A stretch of DNA of 60,710 bases, counting the filler. It is 3 parts of 3 records of this genome, joined end to end, with 100 filler letters (N's around TTAATTAATTAA, not from the genome) between each part and the next. Parts side by side here need not be neighbours in the genome. Positions count along the whole stretch, not along the records: positions 1 to 23,472 come from DRR378314_2541; 2 more parts are not named here. One strand, given 5' to 3'. The translations under genes and the position numbers were made by a program. The notes beneath the pieces were generated by a model. That model saw nothing but the letters and a program-made list of their open reading frames with translations. It did no database searches and was not told the DNA's origin. Below, in pieces: positions 9,782 to 19,776 of this stretch (position 1 is the stretch's first letter; each line of letters begins with the position of its first letter).

Positions 9782-10986
9782 ACTCTTTTTTCTTTTTTTA
9801 TCATTTGCATAAGTATCCAGAGAAATAACAATCCAACAATAGATACACCGGTAATAATATACCAGGTTTTATCAAACCCTAATGAATTAATCATTTGTAA
9901 CCCTGAATTATGTCCAAATATATGTGCAATTGAAAATGCAATACTATAATATCCCATATACTCGCCTTGATTTCCATTTTTAGCTCGTTCAATTACAAAA
10001 GCATTCGAAAATGGAAATGCAATCATTTCTCCAATGGTCATCAAAAACATACCGACTACTAATATTCCAGACCATGAAAATAAATTAAGAACTAAAAAAC
10101 TAAGTCCAGTAAGAAGCAGACCGAAAAAGATCAAGAATTCTTTTGAATATTTACTATCTTCTAACCATTTTATCAATGGCATTTCTAATGCAAAAATTAA
10201 AAAACCATTAAACCCTAATAAAAGACCGATCTGTAATTCACTCATTACATGAATTTCTTTATAATATAAAGGCATAGACGAGAAGTATTGCAAGAAGGTA
10301 ACACCAAAAATAATCATAGCTACAAAAAACACCCAAAAAGCTTTATCAGAGAAAATTGAAACAGGATTTTCTATTTTAGTTTCATCAACAACTCTTGCTT
10401 TTTTAGGATGTAACACTACAGATAATAATATTGCTGCTAACGTACAAGTAATCCCATCTACCCAAAACAATCCATTATAACTTAAATAGGTTATAATTAA
10501 ACCTCCTATTGCTGGTCCTGCAGAAAAGCCTAAGTTAATGGCTAATCTTATTAAAGTTACAGAGCGAGTTTTATTTTCTGGTTTACTGTATGCACTTAAA
10601 GCCACAAACATTGCGGGTCTAAAAGCATCTGCTATTAACATTACTAAAAAAATACCTGTACAAAATTCTATAAAAGTTGAAGCAAACTGAAGCAATACAA
10701 ATGCTAGCCCAGTTAAAAAAAGGCTTATTTTCATAACTTTAAATGAACCAATTCTATCAGTTAATTTTCCTCCAATCCAAGAACCTGCAACAGAACCTAA
10801 CCCGAAGAAAGACATAATCCAAGCAACATTAGTTATGGTAAATTCTAAACTATCTGTAAGGTAAATTGATAAAAAAGGCAATACCATCGTTCCAGCTCGA
10901 TTTATGAGAGTAACTAATGCTAACCACCAAACTTCTTTAGATAGTCCTTTGAATGTTCCTAGATAATTTAAATATAATTTTTTCAT
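9778..10986 (-). CDS. MFS transporter
   Basis: About 12 hydrophobic segments; motif A GGKLTDRIG; NLGFSAGPAIGG; stop overlaps the VOC start. Confidence 0.9.
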   Translation of the reverse strand: MKKLYLNYLGTFKGLSKEVWWLALVTLINRAGTMVLPFLSIYLTDSLEFTITNVAWIMSFFGLGSVAGSWIGGKLTDRIGSFKVMKISLFLTGLAFVLLQFASTFIEFCTGIFLVMLIADAFRPAMFVALSAYSKPENKTRSVTLIRLAINLGFSAGPAIGGLIITYLSYNGLFWVDGITCTLAAILLSVVLHPKKARVVDETKIENPVSIFSDKAFWVFFVAMIIFGVTFLQYFSSMPLYYKEIHVMSELQIGLLLGFNGFLIFALEMPLIKWLEDSKYSKEFLIFFGLLLTGLSFLVLNLFSWSGILVVGMFLMTIGEMIAFPFSNAFVIERAKNGNQGEYMGYYSIAFSIAHIFGHNSGLQMINSLGFDKTWYIITGVSIVGLLFLWILMQMIKKEKRV

Positions 10987-11004
10987 GATTTTGGTTGATG
11001 TTAT

Positions 11005-11036
11005 AAAAATAAAAAGTCCGACTGTGAAGTCGGACT
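11005..11036 (-). terminator. Intrinsic terminator in the 5' leader of the MFS gene (putative attenuator)
   Basis: Minus strand AGTCCGACT-TCAC-AGTCGGACT then TTTTATTTTT, ending about 20 nt before the MFS ATG. Confidence 0.75.
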
Positions 11037-11068
11037 CTTAATAATAGTAATATTTTATATGGATATAA

Positions 11069-11143
11069 TTACAATACATAAGATATGCGACCGATTCGAT
11101 TTTTAATCGACTGTTTACATGTATATATATTGACTATCCTCAT
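11069..11143 (-). CDS. Putative leader peptide MRIVNIYTCKQSIKNRIGRISYVL (24 aa)
   Basis: Manual translation; A-rich context before the ATG; lies between a promoter motif and the terminator. Confidence 0.5.
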   Translation of the reverse strand: MRIVNIYTCKQSIKNRIGRISYVL

Positions 11144-11162
11144 TTTTGTTTTTTTGATGGGT

Positions 11163-11170
11163 CAAAGCTA
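11163..11170 (-). promoter_or_regulatory. Bacteroidota sigma-A -7 element (TAGCTTTG)
   Basis: Matches the TAnnTTTG consensus about 20 nt upstream of the leader ATG. Confidence 0.65.
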
Positions 11171-11217
11171 TAAAAATATTTCGGAATGTTGTACTTTTAT
11201 TTTTTTAAATTATTATC

Positions 11218-11829
11218 ATGAAAAATACTTTCCTTTTAATATTAATGTTTGTTAGCTTAATCATTAATGCTCAAAATAATTTTATTAAAAACGTTAAGGA
11301 TTATCAGTACAAACAAAATTTAAAATTTCACAATTCAAAAACATCACCATTAACTGCTAAAGACATCAAAACTTTTGAAGCTTTAGAGTTTTATAAAATT
11401 GATAAGAAATTCGAAGTTATAGCTACATTAGTTAAAGAAAAAGATCCTGTTATTTTTGAAATGCCAACAACTACTGATAGGAAACCTTTATACGTTAAAT
11501 ACGGTACTTTAACTTTCTCTATTGATGGTAAACAACACACATTAAATATTTACCAAAATAAAGATTTTGGAAGAGCTCCTCAATATAGAAATTATTTATT
11601 TTTACCTTTTGCAGACACAACAAATGGTAATGGATCTTATGGTGGTGGACGCTATGTTGATGTTTTAACAACAGATGAAAAACCTGACGGAACTATTACC
11701 ATCAACTTTAATAAATCTTACAATCCATATTGCGCATATAATAGCATTTATTCTTGTCCATTAATACCGGAAGAAAACACCTTATCTATTGCAATAAAAG
11801 CAGGTGTAAAGAATTATAAAAAACATTAG
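11218..11829 (+). CDS. DUF1684 family exported protein
   Basis: LFLPFAD, SYGGGRY, FNKSYNPYCAY...CP motifs; signal peptide. Confidence 0.88.
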   Translation: MKNTFLLILMFVSLIINAQNNFIKNVKDYQYKQNLKFHNSKTSPLTAKDIKTFEALEFYKIDKKFEVIATLVKEKDPVIFEMPTTTDRKPLYVKYGTLTFSIDGKQHTLNIYQNKDFGRAPQYRNYLFLPFADTTNGNGSYGGGRYVDVLTTDEKPDGTITINFNKSYNPYCAYNSIYSCPLIPEENTLSIAIKAGVKNYKKH

Positions 11830-12527
11830 GGATTTATAGAAATATCTTCTTTCAAATCTAATTCAATTGCTTTTTCTAATTGAATTAAATGTGGTTTCCT
11901 TACTTTAATTTTAGTTTCTGCGTGTGCTTTCCCATTTAATTTAGAAAACATTGTTGCAATTTTAGTGGTCATGCTTTCTAGTTGATCTTGTGTAACAATA
12001 ACATCTAAAAAACCTGCTTTTAAAGCTTGTTTAGGATCGAAAATTTCTGAATTATTTACACTTCTATCTAAATAGGTATGAGCTAATTTTGCTCTTGCAA
12101 TAGCAATTCCAGCATGATGCATAGTCATACCAATCATTACTTCATTTAACCCTATTTTAAAATCTCCTTCCACTCCTATTCTATAATCTGCAGATAGTAA
12201 TAAAAAACCACCTTTTGCAATGGCATGTCCTGTACATGCTATAATAATTGGCTTTGGAAAAGATAACATTCTTAATGATAATTTAGAGCCTTCTGTTACC
12301 AATTTCTTGGCTGATTCTGGACTTGCTGTCATCACTTTTAAATCAAATCCTGCTGAAAAAATTCCAGACTGACCTGTTACAACAACAACCTTATCTTCTT
12401 TCAAAGCTTTATCTAAGCTATCGTTTAACCCTTCAATTACTTCATGAGAAATTGCATTGGCTTTTCCATTTGAAATCGTAATAATTACATGGTCTTCTTT
12501 ACTTTGATATTTTACCACTTTGTTCAT
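11826..12527 (-). CDS. Enoyl-CoA hydratase/isomerase (crotonase) family
   Basis: NGKANAI, FSAGFDL, GHAIAKG, GLNEV. Confidence 0.9.
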   Translation of the reverse strand: MNKVVKYQSKEDHVIITISNGKANAISHEVIEGLNDSLDKALKEDKVVVVTGQSGIFSAGFDLKVMTASPESAKKLVTEGSKLSLRMLSFPKPIIIACTGHAIAKGGFLLLSADYRIGVEGDFKIGLNEVMIGMTMHHAGIAIARAKLAHTYLDRSVNNSEIFDPKQALKAGFLDVIVTQDQLESMTTKIATMFSKLNGKAHAETKIKVRKPHLIQLEKAIELDLKEDISINP

Positions 12528-12534
12528 TATATTA

Positions 12535-12900
12535 TTATTTTATAAGATATATCCCAGCAAAAACAGCTAAAAACCCAATAATAAAACTGGCAACGGTATA
12601 CAAAGCAAAACTCAAAAAATCTCCAGATTTTAAAAACACATGGTTTTCATAAGCAAATGTAGAAAAAGTTGTAAATCCACCACAAAACCCTGTAGCTAAC
12701 AACAATGTATGGTTTTCTGTTAATGCTTCATTTTTTGTAGCTAAACCAAGAATAATCCCAATTAATAAGCTTCCTAAAATGTTTGCAGCAAAAGTCCCGA
12801 ATGGGATCCCTGTTTCTGGGTTGTTTAAGTATTTTCCAATAATATAGCGTAACACACTACCAAATCCTCCTCCAACAAATACCAAAAACAACTGTTTCAT
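12535..12900 (-). CDS. crcB: Fluoride channel CrcB/FluC
   Basis: GGGFGSVLRY, GTFAANILG, GFCGGFTTFSTF. Confidence 0.95.
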   Translation of the reverse strand: MKQLFLVFVGGGFGSVLRYIIGKYLNNPETGIPFGTFAANILGSLLIGIILGLATKNEALTENHTLLLATGFCGGFTTFSTFAYENHVFLKSGDFLSFALYTVASFIIGFLAVFAGIYLIK

Positions 12901-12901
12901 A

Positions 12902-13864
12902 TTACAGTTTTATTTTATCTATGTCAGACCAATTCCATTTTCCTGTAATAGTTCCTTTTTTTAACATCATTAACCCTGGATTGGCTCTAACCATTGTTTT
13001 TAAAGTTGTTCCATCACAGAATAAAAAATCAAATGGTAATTGATATTTTTCTTTGGCTAATAATAACTCATCTGTAAATGAAGCTGAGGCACCATAAACT
13101 GTATATCCTGCTTTAATTGCTTTTTCAGTAATCTCTTTAATCGATTTAAACCCATTAGCATCTGCTTTTTGCAAATCATATACTAACACTAAAAGCACTT
13201 TTTCTTTTTCCAAAATTTCTGGTGCTAAATCACTTTGAGCATCTTCTAAATAGAAATCATGAATAGGAGGAATTTCTCCATCTCCTTTATACTTCATTCC
13301 TTCTTGTATATTATTACCAATAGCATAAGGTCTAAAATCTATAATTGGTAAATGCAACAACACATGATATGTAATGTATAAAAAAGAGAAAAATGACAGT
13401 AAGGTTAAAGCTTGAGAAACTTTAATCGGAAAAATATTTTTGATGTCTTTTATTCTAATCAACATAAATAGTATGAATACAATTAAAAGTACGTTTTTAT
13501 AAAATGTTTCCCAAGGTGTTAGTTTTATAGCATCTCCAAAACATCCACAATCTGTAACTTTGTTATAATAGGCAGAATACCATGTTAAGAATAAGAAAAC
13601 GGTAGTTAATATAAATAAACTCCATAACGTTGCTTTGGGTTTACAACCTAATAACAAAATTACTCCCAACATAATTTCTGCTAAGATTAAAATTATTGAA
13701 AATGCTAGTGCATACGGAATCATTGATTCCATATTTAACACACTTTCGCTAAAATACTCTTCAAACTTAAACTGAGAACCAATAGGATCAACTAACTTAA
13801 CAAAACCAGAAAAGATAAACATGGCTCCAACAAAAATTCTTGAAAAGTGTACTAATAATTTCAT
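12902..13864 (-). CDS. DoxX/MauE-like (BT_3928 family) membrane protein
   Basis: SGFVKLVDP, DCGCFGD, DFRPYAIG, RANPG. Confidence 0.8.
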   Translation of the reverse strand: MKLLVHFSRIFVGAMFIFSGFVKLVDPIGSQFKFEEYFSESVLNMESMIPYALAFSIILILAEIMLGVILLLGCKPKATLWSLFILTTVFLFLTWYSAYYNKVTDCGCFGDAIKLTPWETFYKNVLLIVFILFMLIRIKDIKNIFPIKVSQALTLLSFFSFLYITYHVLLHLPIIDFRPYAIGNNIQEGMKYKGDGEIPPIHDFYLEDAQSDLAPEILEKEKVLLVLVYDLQKADANGFKSIKEITEKAIKAGYTVYGASASFTDELLLAKEKYQLPFDFLFCDGTTLKTMVRANPGLMMLKKGTITGKWNWSDIDKIKL

Positions 13865-13878
13865 TGTTTTCTTTTTAG

Positions 13879-14412
13879 TTAATTCATATGAATCATTGCA
13901 AAAACTGCATAATTAATCATGTCTTGATAATTTGCATCAATTCCTTCTGAAACGATTGTTTTTCCTTTATTATCTTCAATTTGTTTAACACGTAACAACT
14001 TTTGCAAAATTAAATCTGTTAAACTAGAAATTCTCATATCACGCCATGCTTCACCATAATCATGGTTTTTATTTTCCATTAATTCTTTGGTAATAGCAAT
14101 GTGTTTATCATATAATTCTGTTGCTTCTTTTGTTGTTAAATCTGGGTTTTCTACAACACCTAACTCTAGTTGAACTAGTGCCATAATAGAATAATTGATA
14201 ATACCAATAAACTCAGATTTCTCTCCTTCATCAACCTTTCTTACAGAGTTTTCTTGCAATTGTCTAATACGTTGTGCTTTTATAAAAATTTGATCTGTTA
14301 AAGAAGGTAAACGTAAAATTCTCCACGCACTACCATAATCGCTCATTTTTTTAATAAATAAACTTCTACATTCTTCTACTACCGCATTATATTGCTCTGA
14401 TGTATTCTGCAT
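13879..14412 (-). CDS. DUF1599 domain protein
   Basis: Duplicated KxxDYGxAWR motif (KMSDYGSAWR, KNHDYGEAWR). Confidence 0.85.
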   Translation of the reverse strand: MQNTSEQYNAVVEECRSLFIKKMSDYGSAWRILRLPSLTDQIFIKAQRIRQLQENSVRKVDEGEKSEFIGIINYSIMALVQLELGVVENPDLTTKEATELYDKHIAITKELMENKNHDYGEAWRDMRISSLTDLILQKLLRVKQIEDNKGKTIVSEGIDANYQDMINYAVFAMIHMN

Positions 14413-14501
14413 TTTTTCAATTTAAAACTTATCTTTCAAAAATAGTAAAACTTAAAAGCTTTTCATTTATTTTTACTGAAGAAATTTCGAATTCCTTTTA
14501 T

Positions 14502-15083
14502 ATGAATAAAATAGTTGTTTTTTGTGGATCTAGTATTGGTTTTAATTCAGCTTACAAAGAAGCTGCAATTGAATTAGGAAACTATTTTTCGAGCAATGAA
14601 ATAGCATTAGTCTATGGAGGTGGAAAGATTGGAGTGATGGGAGTTATTGCTGATACAATTCTAGAAAAAAAAGGAGAAGTGATTGGAGTTATTCCGAAAT
14701 TATTAGAAAAAGAAGAAGTTGTTCATAGAGAAGTTACCGAATTGATAATTACTAAAAAAATGAGTGACCGTAAGGTGATCATGAGTAAACTAATTGATGG
14801 CTATATAACCTTACCTGGAGGGTTTGGAACTTTAGATGAATTATTTGAAGCACTAACCTTAAATCAGTTACAAATAGAACAAAAACCTATTGGCTTATTA
14901 AATGTAAATGGTTTTTTTGATCACACTTTACAGCAATTAGATGTTATGGTTAAAGAAGGCTATTTAAAGCAATTTAATAGAGATTTATTGATCATAGATA
15001 CTACCGTTTCTGGTTTGATGGAAAAAATGCAGAACTATAAAGCACCAGAAAAATCACATATAATTAATAAAGTAGTACGCTAA
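14502..15083 (+). CDS. LOG family (TIGR00730) nucleotide monophosphate nucleosidase
   Basis: VFCGSS, LVYGGG, PGGFGTLDE. Start reassigned to MNKIVV because the ORF-track start overlaps the divergent gene. Confidence 0.9.
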   Translation: MNKIVVFCGSSIGFNSAYKEAAIELGNYFSSNEIALVYGGGKIGVMGVIADTILEKKGEVIGVIPKLLEKEEVVHREVTELIITKKMSDRKVIMSKLIDGYITLPGGFGTLDELFEALTLNQLQIEQKPIGLLNVNGFFDHTLQQLDVMVKEGYLKQFNRDLLIIDTTVSGLMEKMQNYKAPEKSHIINKVVR

Positions 15084-15907
15084 TGAAAACCATTAATTGT
15101 AAAGGCAAATTAATTGATATATCTACTCCTAAAGTAATGGGAATTTTAAATATCACTCCAGATTCATTTTTTGATGGCGGAAAGTATAAAAAAGAATCAG
15201 AGATTATTAGTCAAGTCGACAAAATGTTATCAGAAGGAGCAACATTTATTGATGTTGGTGCGTATTCTTCTAGACCTGGAGCCACTCATATTTCTGAAAC
15301 CGAAGAGTTAAATCGAATAATCCCAATTGTAAAACTATTGGCACATCACTTCCCTAATATTACTATTTCTATTGACACTTTTAGAAGTAAAGTTGCCAAA
15401 GAATCTATTAATTCAGGAGCTTCAATTATCAATGATATTTCTGGTGGTAAAATGGATGAAGATATGTTTTCTACTGTAGCAAAACTACAAGTGCCTTATA
15501 TTATGATGCACATGCTTAGAACTCCCCAAAACATGCAGCAGAATCCTTCATATGTTGATGTTACCAAAGAAGTGATTACTTTTTTTGCTAATCAATTATT
15601 TAAACTGCATCAATTACAGGTAAATGACGTAATTATTGATGTTGGTTTTGGTTTTGGAAAAACTATAGAACATAATTATGAACTTTTAAAAAACCTGCAA
15701 TTATTCGAAAGTTTAGATGCTCCAATATTAGCTGGTATATCTAGAAAATCAATGTTATATAAACCCTTAAAAACTACTCCAAACATGTCATTAAATGCTA
15801 CAACTTCTGCTAATACAATTGCATTGCTTAACGGTGCTAATATTTTACGAGTTCATGATGTGAAAGAAGCAATTGAGGCTATAAAAATTGTAGCGCAACT
15901 GTCTTAA
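15083..15907 (+). CDS. folP: Dihydropteroate synthase
   Basis: MGILNITPDSF, DVGAYSSRPG, SRKS, LRVHDV. Confidence 0.96.
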   Translation: MKTINCKGKLIDISTPKVMGILNITPDSFFDGGKYKKESEIISQVDKMLSEGATFIDVGAYSSRPGATHISETEELNRIIPIVKLLAHHFPNITISIDTFRSKVAKESINSGASIINDISGGKMDEDMFSTVAKLQVPYIMMHMLRTPQNMQQNPSYVDVTKEVITFFANQLFKLHQLQVNDVIIDVGFGFGKTIEHNYELLKNLQLFESLDAPILAGISRKSMLYKPLKTTPNMSLNATTSANTIALLNGANILRVHDVKEAIEAIKIVAQLS

Positions 15908-15942
15908 AATTTCTGTACATTTACAACATCAGCAAATAATCT

Positions 15943-16716
15943 ATGTTCGACTTTATTGATTTTTCTGTTTTAGACATTCTAGACATTGTTTTAGTAGCTG
16001 TATTGCTATACTACATATATAAACTTTTGAAAGGAACAGTTGCGATAAACATTTTCTTAGGAATTGCTTTTATATTCTTAATCTGGAAAATTACACAAGC
16101 ATTAAAAATGGAAATGCTTAGCGGTATACTTGGTTATCTTTTAAGTGGTGGAGTAATAGCTTTAATTATTGTTTTTCAGCAAGAAATTAGAAAGTTTTTA
16201 TTAATGATAGGAACTACAAACTTTTCAACAAAAAGGAGTTTTTTAAAACAATTAAAATTTTTACAAACAGAAAACATATCTGAAGTTGATGTTGAAACAC
16301 TAATAAACTCTTGTATAAAACTATCAAAAAGTAAAACAGGAGCTTTAATAGTTTTAGAACGAACTAATAATTTGGATTTTTTAATTAATTCTGGTGATAC
16401 TATGAATGCTTCTTTAAATGAAGCCATTTTAGAAAGTATCTTTTACAAAAACAGCCCGCTACATGATGGAGCAACGATAATTAGAGAAAACTTTATTGTT
16501 GCAACTAGAGTTGTTTTACCATTATCTAATGAAAAAATTCCAGCTAGATTTGGCTTAAGGCATAAAGCCGCAATTGGTGTTACTGAAAAAACAGATGCTT
16601 TGTGTTTACTAGTTTCTGAAGAAACTGGAGAAATCTCTTATATTAAAGACGGTGCTTTTGAATTGTATGTAGATTACAATGAATTAAAAGAGAAATTAAA
16701 AGACGACTTAAACTAA
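15943..16716 (+). CDS. cdaA: Diadenylate cyclase CdaA/DacA
   Basis: Three N-terminal TM helices, FQQEIR, PLHDGA, GLRHKAA, VSEETG. Confidence 0.92.
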   Translation: MFDFIDFSVLDILDIVLVAVLLYYIYKLLKGTVAINIFLGIAFIFLIWKITQALKMEMLSGILGYLLSGGVIALIIVFQQEIRKFLLMIGTTNFSTKRSFLKQLKFLQTENISEVDVETLINSCIKLSKSKTGALIVLERTNNLDFLINSGDTMNASLNEAILESIFYKNSPLHDGATIIRENFIVATRVVLPLSNEKIPARFGLRHKAAIGVTEKTDALCLLVSEETGEISYIKDGAFELYVDYNELKEKLKDDLN

Positions 16717-18489
16717 TTAAATCGCAACTTCTGTACTGCTAAACTGTTTGTCGTAAAGATTTTTGTAATACCCATTTTCTTTCACTAAAAGTTCTTTATG
16801 TGATCCTTCTTCTACAATTAAGCCTTTATCCATAACAATAATTTTATCAGCTTTTTTAATTGTAGCTAACCTATGAGCAATAACAATAGAAGTTCTTCCT
16901 TTAGTAATAGTATCAGTTGCAAACTGAATCATTTGCTCTGAATGAGAATCTACTGAAGACGTTGCTTCATCTAAAATTAGTATACTTGGCTTACTTACAT
17001 AAGCTCTTAAAAATGCAATTAATTGTCGTTGACCAGAAGATAACATCGCTCCTCTTTCTTTAACATTGTAGTGATATCCATTTGGTAAACTCATAATAAA
17101 ATCATGAATTCCAATCTGTTTAGCAGCTTGCTGAACTTCTTCTAGGGAAATATTGTCATTTTTTAAAGTAATATTATTTAAAATAGAATCAGAAAACAAA
17201 AAAACATCTTGTAAAACAACTGCTACTTGCTTTCGTAACGATAACAACTGATATTTATCTACAGAAATTTCATCAACACAAATTTGACCTGAATCAATCT
17301 CGTAAAATCGATTGATTAAATTAATAATAGTTGATTTCCCTGCTCCTGTAGACCCAACAATTGCTATAGTTTGCCCTTTATTAACTTTAAAAGAGATTCC
17401 TTTTAATACTTCTTCATCCTTAATGTAACTAAATCTTACATCTTTAAACTCAATCTCCCCTTTTAAATCTTCAGCAAAAACATCTCCAACTTTGTCAATA
17501 CTACTTTCTGTATCTATTATACCAAAAACACGTTCTCCAGAAACAATTCCCATTTGAAGTGTATTAAACTTATCTGCAATTTGACGCAGTGGTCTAAATA
17601 ACATTTGAGTCATCATGATAAAACTCATAATATCACCTGGTTGAACATCTACATTATTTACTGATTGCAAACCACCAAACCACACTAATAAACCAATGGC
17701 TATTGAAGATAATATTTCTGCTATTGGAAAGAAAATAGAATAATACCAAACTGCTTTAACATGTGCCTTTTTATGTTTGTCATTTATTGCAACAAAATTT
17801 TCATATTCTATTTTTTCTCTACTAAATAACTGAACAATTTTCATTCCTGTAACCCGCTCTTGAACAAATCCATTAAGATTAGCAACTTGAGTTCTTACTT
17901 CTTGAAATGTAGCCTTAATAGCAATTTGAAATAATTTTGTTGCGTAAATAAGAATAGGCAAAACAGCTAAAGCTATTAATGCTAATTTCCAATTAATAAA
18001 TAACATGAAGACTGTTACTACCAACATTTTTAATATATCGCTAATAATCATAAAAAGCCCCTGACTAAAAGAACTTGCTATTGTTTCAATATCAGAAACT
18101 ACTCTAGTTACTAATTTACCTACAGAAGTAGTATCAAAATATGCCATTTTAAAATCTAAAATATGTCTAAATATTTTAGATCTAATATCTCTAATTATAT
18201 GTTGGCCAATCCAGTTAGCAAAATAAATAAACAATACTTGTAAAATCACTTCTGCTATTAAAACAGCAAACATTAATAAAGTATAATCTAAAAGAGTTGC
18301 TTCATTTTTATGCACAGTAAAATCATTAACCGCTTCTTTTAACAAATAAGGTCTGTAAGCAGATAATAAGGCAGTAATTATTACAGCCAAAGTAGCTGTT
18401 ATAAAATGAGTATTATAGTTTTTTGCAAAACTTAAAATCCTCATAAATATTTTTGCGTCAAATGCTTTTCCCGACTCTTTTTTACTCAT
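16717..18489 (-). CDS. ABC exporter, fused permease + ATPase
   Basis: N-terminal TM domain; GSTGAGKS, LSSGQRQ, ILDEATS, IAHRL. Confidence 0.93.
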   Translation of the reverse strand: MSKKESGKAFDAKIFMRILSFAKNYNTHFITATLAVIITALLSAYRPYLLKEAVNDFTVHKNEATLLDYTLLMFAVLIAEVILQVLFIYFANWIGQHIIRDIRSKIFRHILDFKMAYFDTTSVGKLVTRVVSDIETIASSFSQGLFMIISDILKMLVVTVFMLFINWKLALIALAVLPILIYATKLFQIAIKATFQEVRTQVANLNGFVQERVTGMKIVQLFSREKIEYENFVAINDKHKKAHVKAVWYYSIFFPIAEILSSIAIGLLVWFGGLQSVNNVDVQPGDIMSFIMMTQMLFRPLRQIADKFNTLQMGIVSGERVFGIIDTESSIDKVGDVFAEDLKGEIEFKDVRFSYIKDEEVLKGISFKVNKGQTIAIVGSTGAGKSTIINLINRFYEIDSGQICVDEISVDKYQLLSLRKQVAVVLQDVFLFSDSILNNITLKNDNISLEEVQQAAKQIGIHDFIMSLPNGYHYNVKERGAMLSSGQRQLIAFLRAYVSKPSILILDEATSSVDSHSEQMIQFATDTITKGRTSIVIAHRLATIKKADKIIVMDKGLIVEEGSHKELLVKENGYYKNLYDKQFSSTEVAI

Positions 18490-19214
18490 TAATAAGTGAT
18501 CTTTGTTAAAAACAATCCTTTTGCCGGAACTGAAAGCCCTGCATTAGATCTATCTCTACTAATAATAATATTCCTAAATTCTTCTTTGGTTATTTTATGT
18601 TTTCCAACATCTACTAAAGTACCTACGATAGCTCTCACCATATTTCTTAAAAATCTGTTTGCAGAAATATGAAATGTTAATTCATTACCATTTTGAATCC
18701 ATTTGGCTTCTGTTACATCGCAATTAAAAGTCCTTACTTCTGTTTTAACTTTAGAAAAAGCTTGAAAATTCTCAAATTCTAATAAAACTTTCGCTGCTTC
18801 ATTCATGGCAATAATGTCTAACTTTTTATGATAAAACTGCCAAGTAACATCTAATTTAAAAGGATTACGACCTAACCAAATTTTATATTCATAACTTCTA
18901 GAAAGCGCATCAAATCGCGCATGCATTTCATCTGCTACTTTGTTAATTTTATAAATAACTATGTCTTCTGGCAAAACCGAATTTAACTTAAAAACATAAT
19001 TATCGTTTAATTCTTTATTTGTATCAAAATGAGCAAACATTTGAGATGCATGTACTCCGGTATCAGTTCTACCAGCTCCCATTACAACAATCTTTTCTTG
19101 TAAAACAATGCTTACAGCCTTATTTATTTCTTCTTGAACTGAATTTGCATCTGGTTGAGACTGCCAACCATGATACTTTTTCCCATGATATGAAAGTTCT
19201 ATAAAATATCTCAA
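18489..19214 (-). CDS. truA: tRNA pseudouridine(38-40) synthase
   Basis: YHGWQ, AGRTDTGVHA, HARFDA, FLRNMVR. Confidence 0.95.
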   Translation of the reverse strand: MRYFIELSYHGKKYHGWQSQPDANSVQEEINKAVSIVLQEKIVVMGAGRTDTGVHASQMFAHFDTNKELNDNYVFKLNSVLPEDIVIYKINKVADEMHARFDALSRSYEYKIWLGRNPFKLDVTWQFYHKKLDIIAMNEAAKVLLEFENFQAFSKVKTEVRTFNCDVTEAKWIQNGNELTFHISANRFLRNMVRAIVGTLVDVGKHKITKEEFRNIIISRDRSNAGLSVPAKGLFLTKITY

Positions 19215-19278
19215 AAAACTAGTACTTTTGTAAGTATCAAAACTACATAAATTAATTGGGTTTAAGTCTTAATAACAA

Positions 19279-19776
19279 GTGAAAAAGATTCTACTACTTT
19301 CAGATACGCATAGCTATATTGATGATCAGATATTAAAATTTGTAAAACTTGCTGATGAAGTTTGGCATGTTGGTGATATTGGTGATTTAAGAGTTACTGA
19401 TACTATTAAAAAACTTAAACCATTACGGGCTGTTTATGGAAACATTGATGATAGTGATGCACGTTTAGAATTTCCTTTAGATAATAAATTTACTATTGAA
19501 GAAACTACCGTTTGGATGACACATATTGGTGGGTATCCAAATAAATACAATCAAAGGATTAGAGAAGAAATACGGTTAAATTCTCCTAAAATATTTATTA
19601 GTGGACATTCTCATATTTTAAAAGTACAATTTGATAAAAAACTAAATTTGCTACATTTAAATCCCGGTGCTGCTGGTAATCATGGGTTTCATAAAGTTAG
19701 AACCATGTTGCGTTTTGAGATAGATAAAGATCAAATAAAAAACTTAGAAATTATAGAGTTAGCTAAGCGCGGATAA
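19279..19776 (+). CDS. Metallophosphoesterase (YfcE/MJ0936-like)
   Basis: SDTH, GDIG, GNID, GHSH, NPG. Confidence 0.9.
   Translation: MKKILLLSDTHSYIDDQILKFVKLADEVWHVGDIGDLRVTDTIKKLKPLRAVYGNIDDSDARLEFPLDNKFTIEETTVWMTHIGGYPNKYNQRIREEIRLNSPKIFISGHSHILKVQFDKKLNLLHLNPGAAGNHGFHKVRTMLRFEIDKDQIKNLEIIELAKRG

Noticed and set aside
12535-12900. Fluoride riboswitch upstream of crcB
   Set aside because: Only 1 nt separates crcB from the upstream gene, and no motif is seen
15083-16716. c-di-AMP cyclase in a Gram-negative as a novelty
   Set aside because: folP-cdaA linkage is common in Bacteroidota
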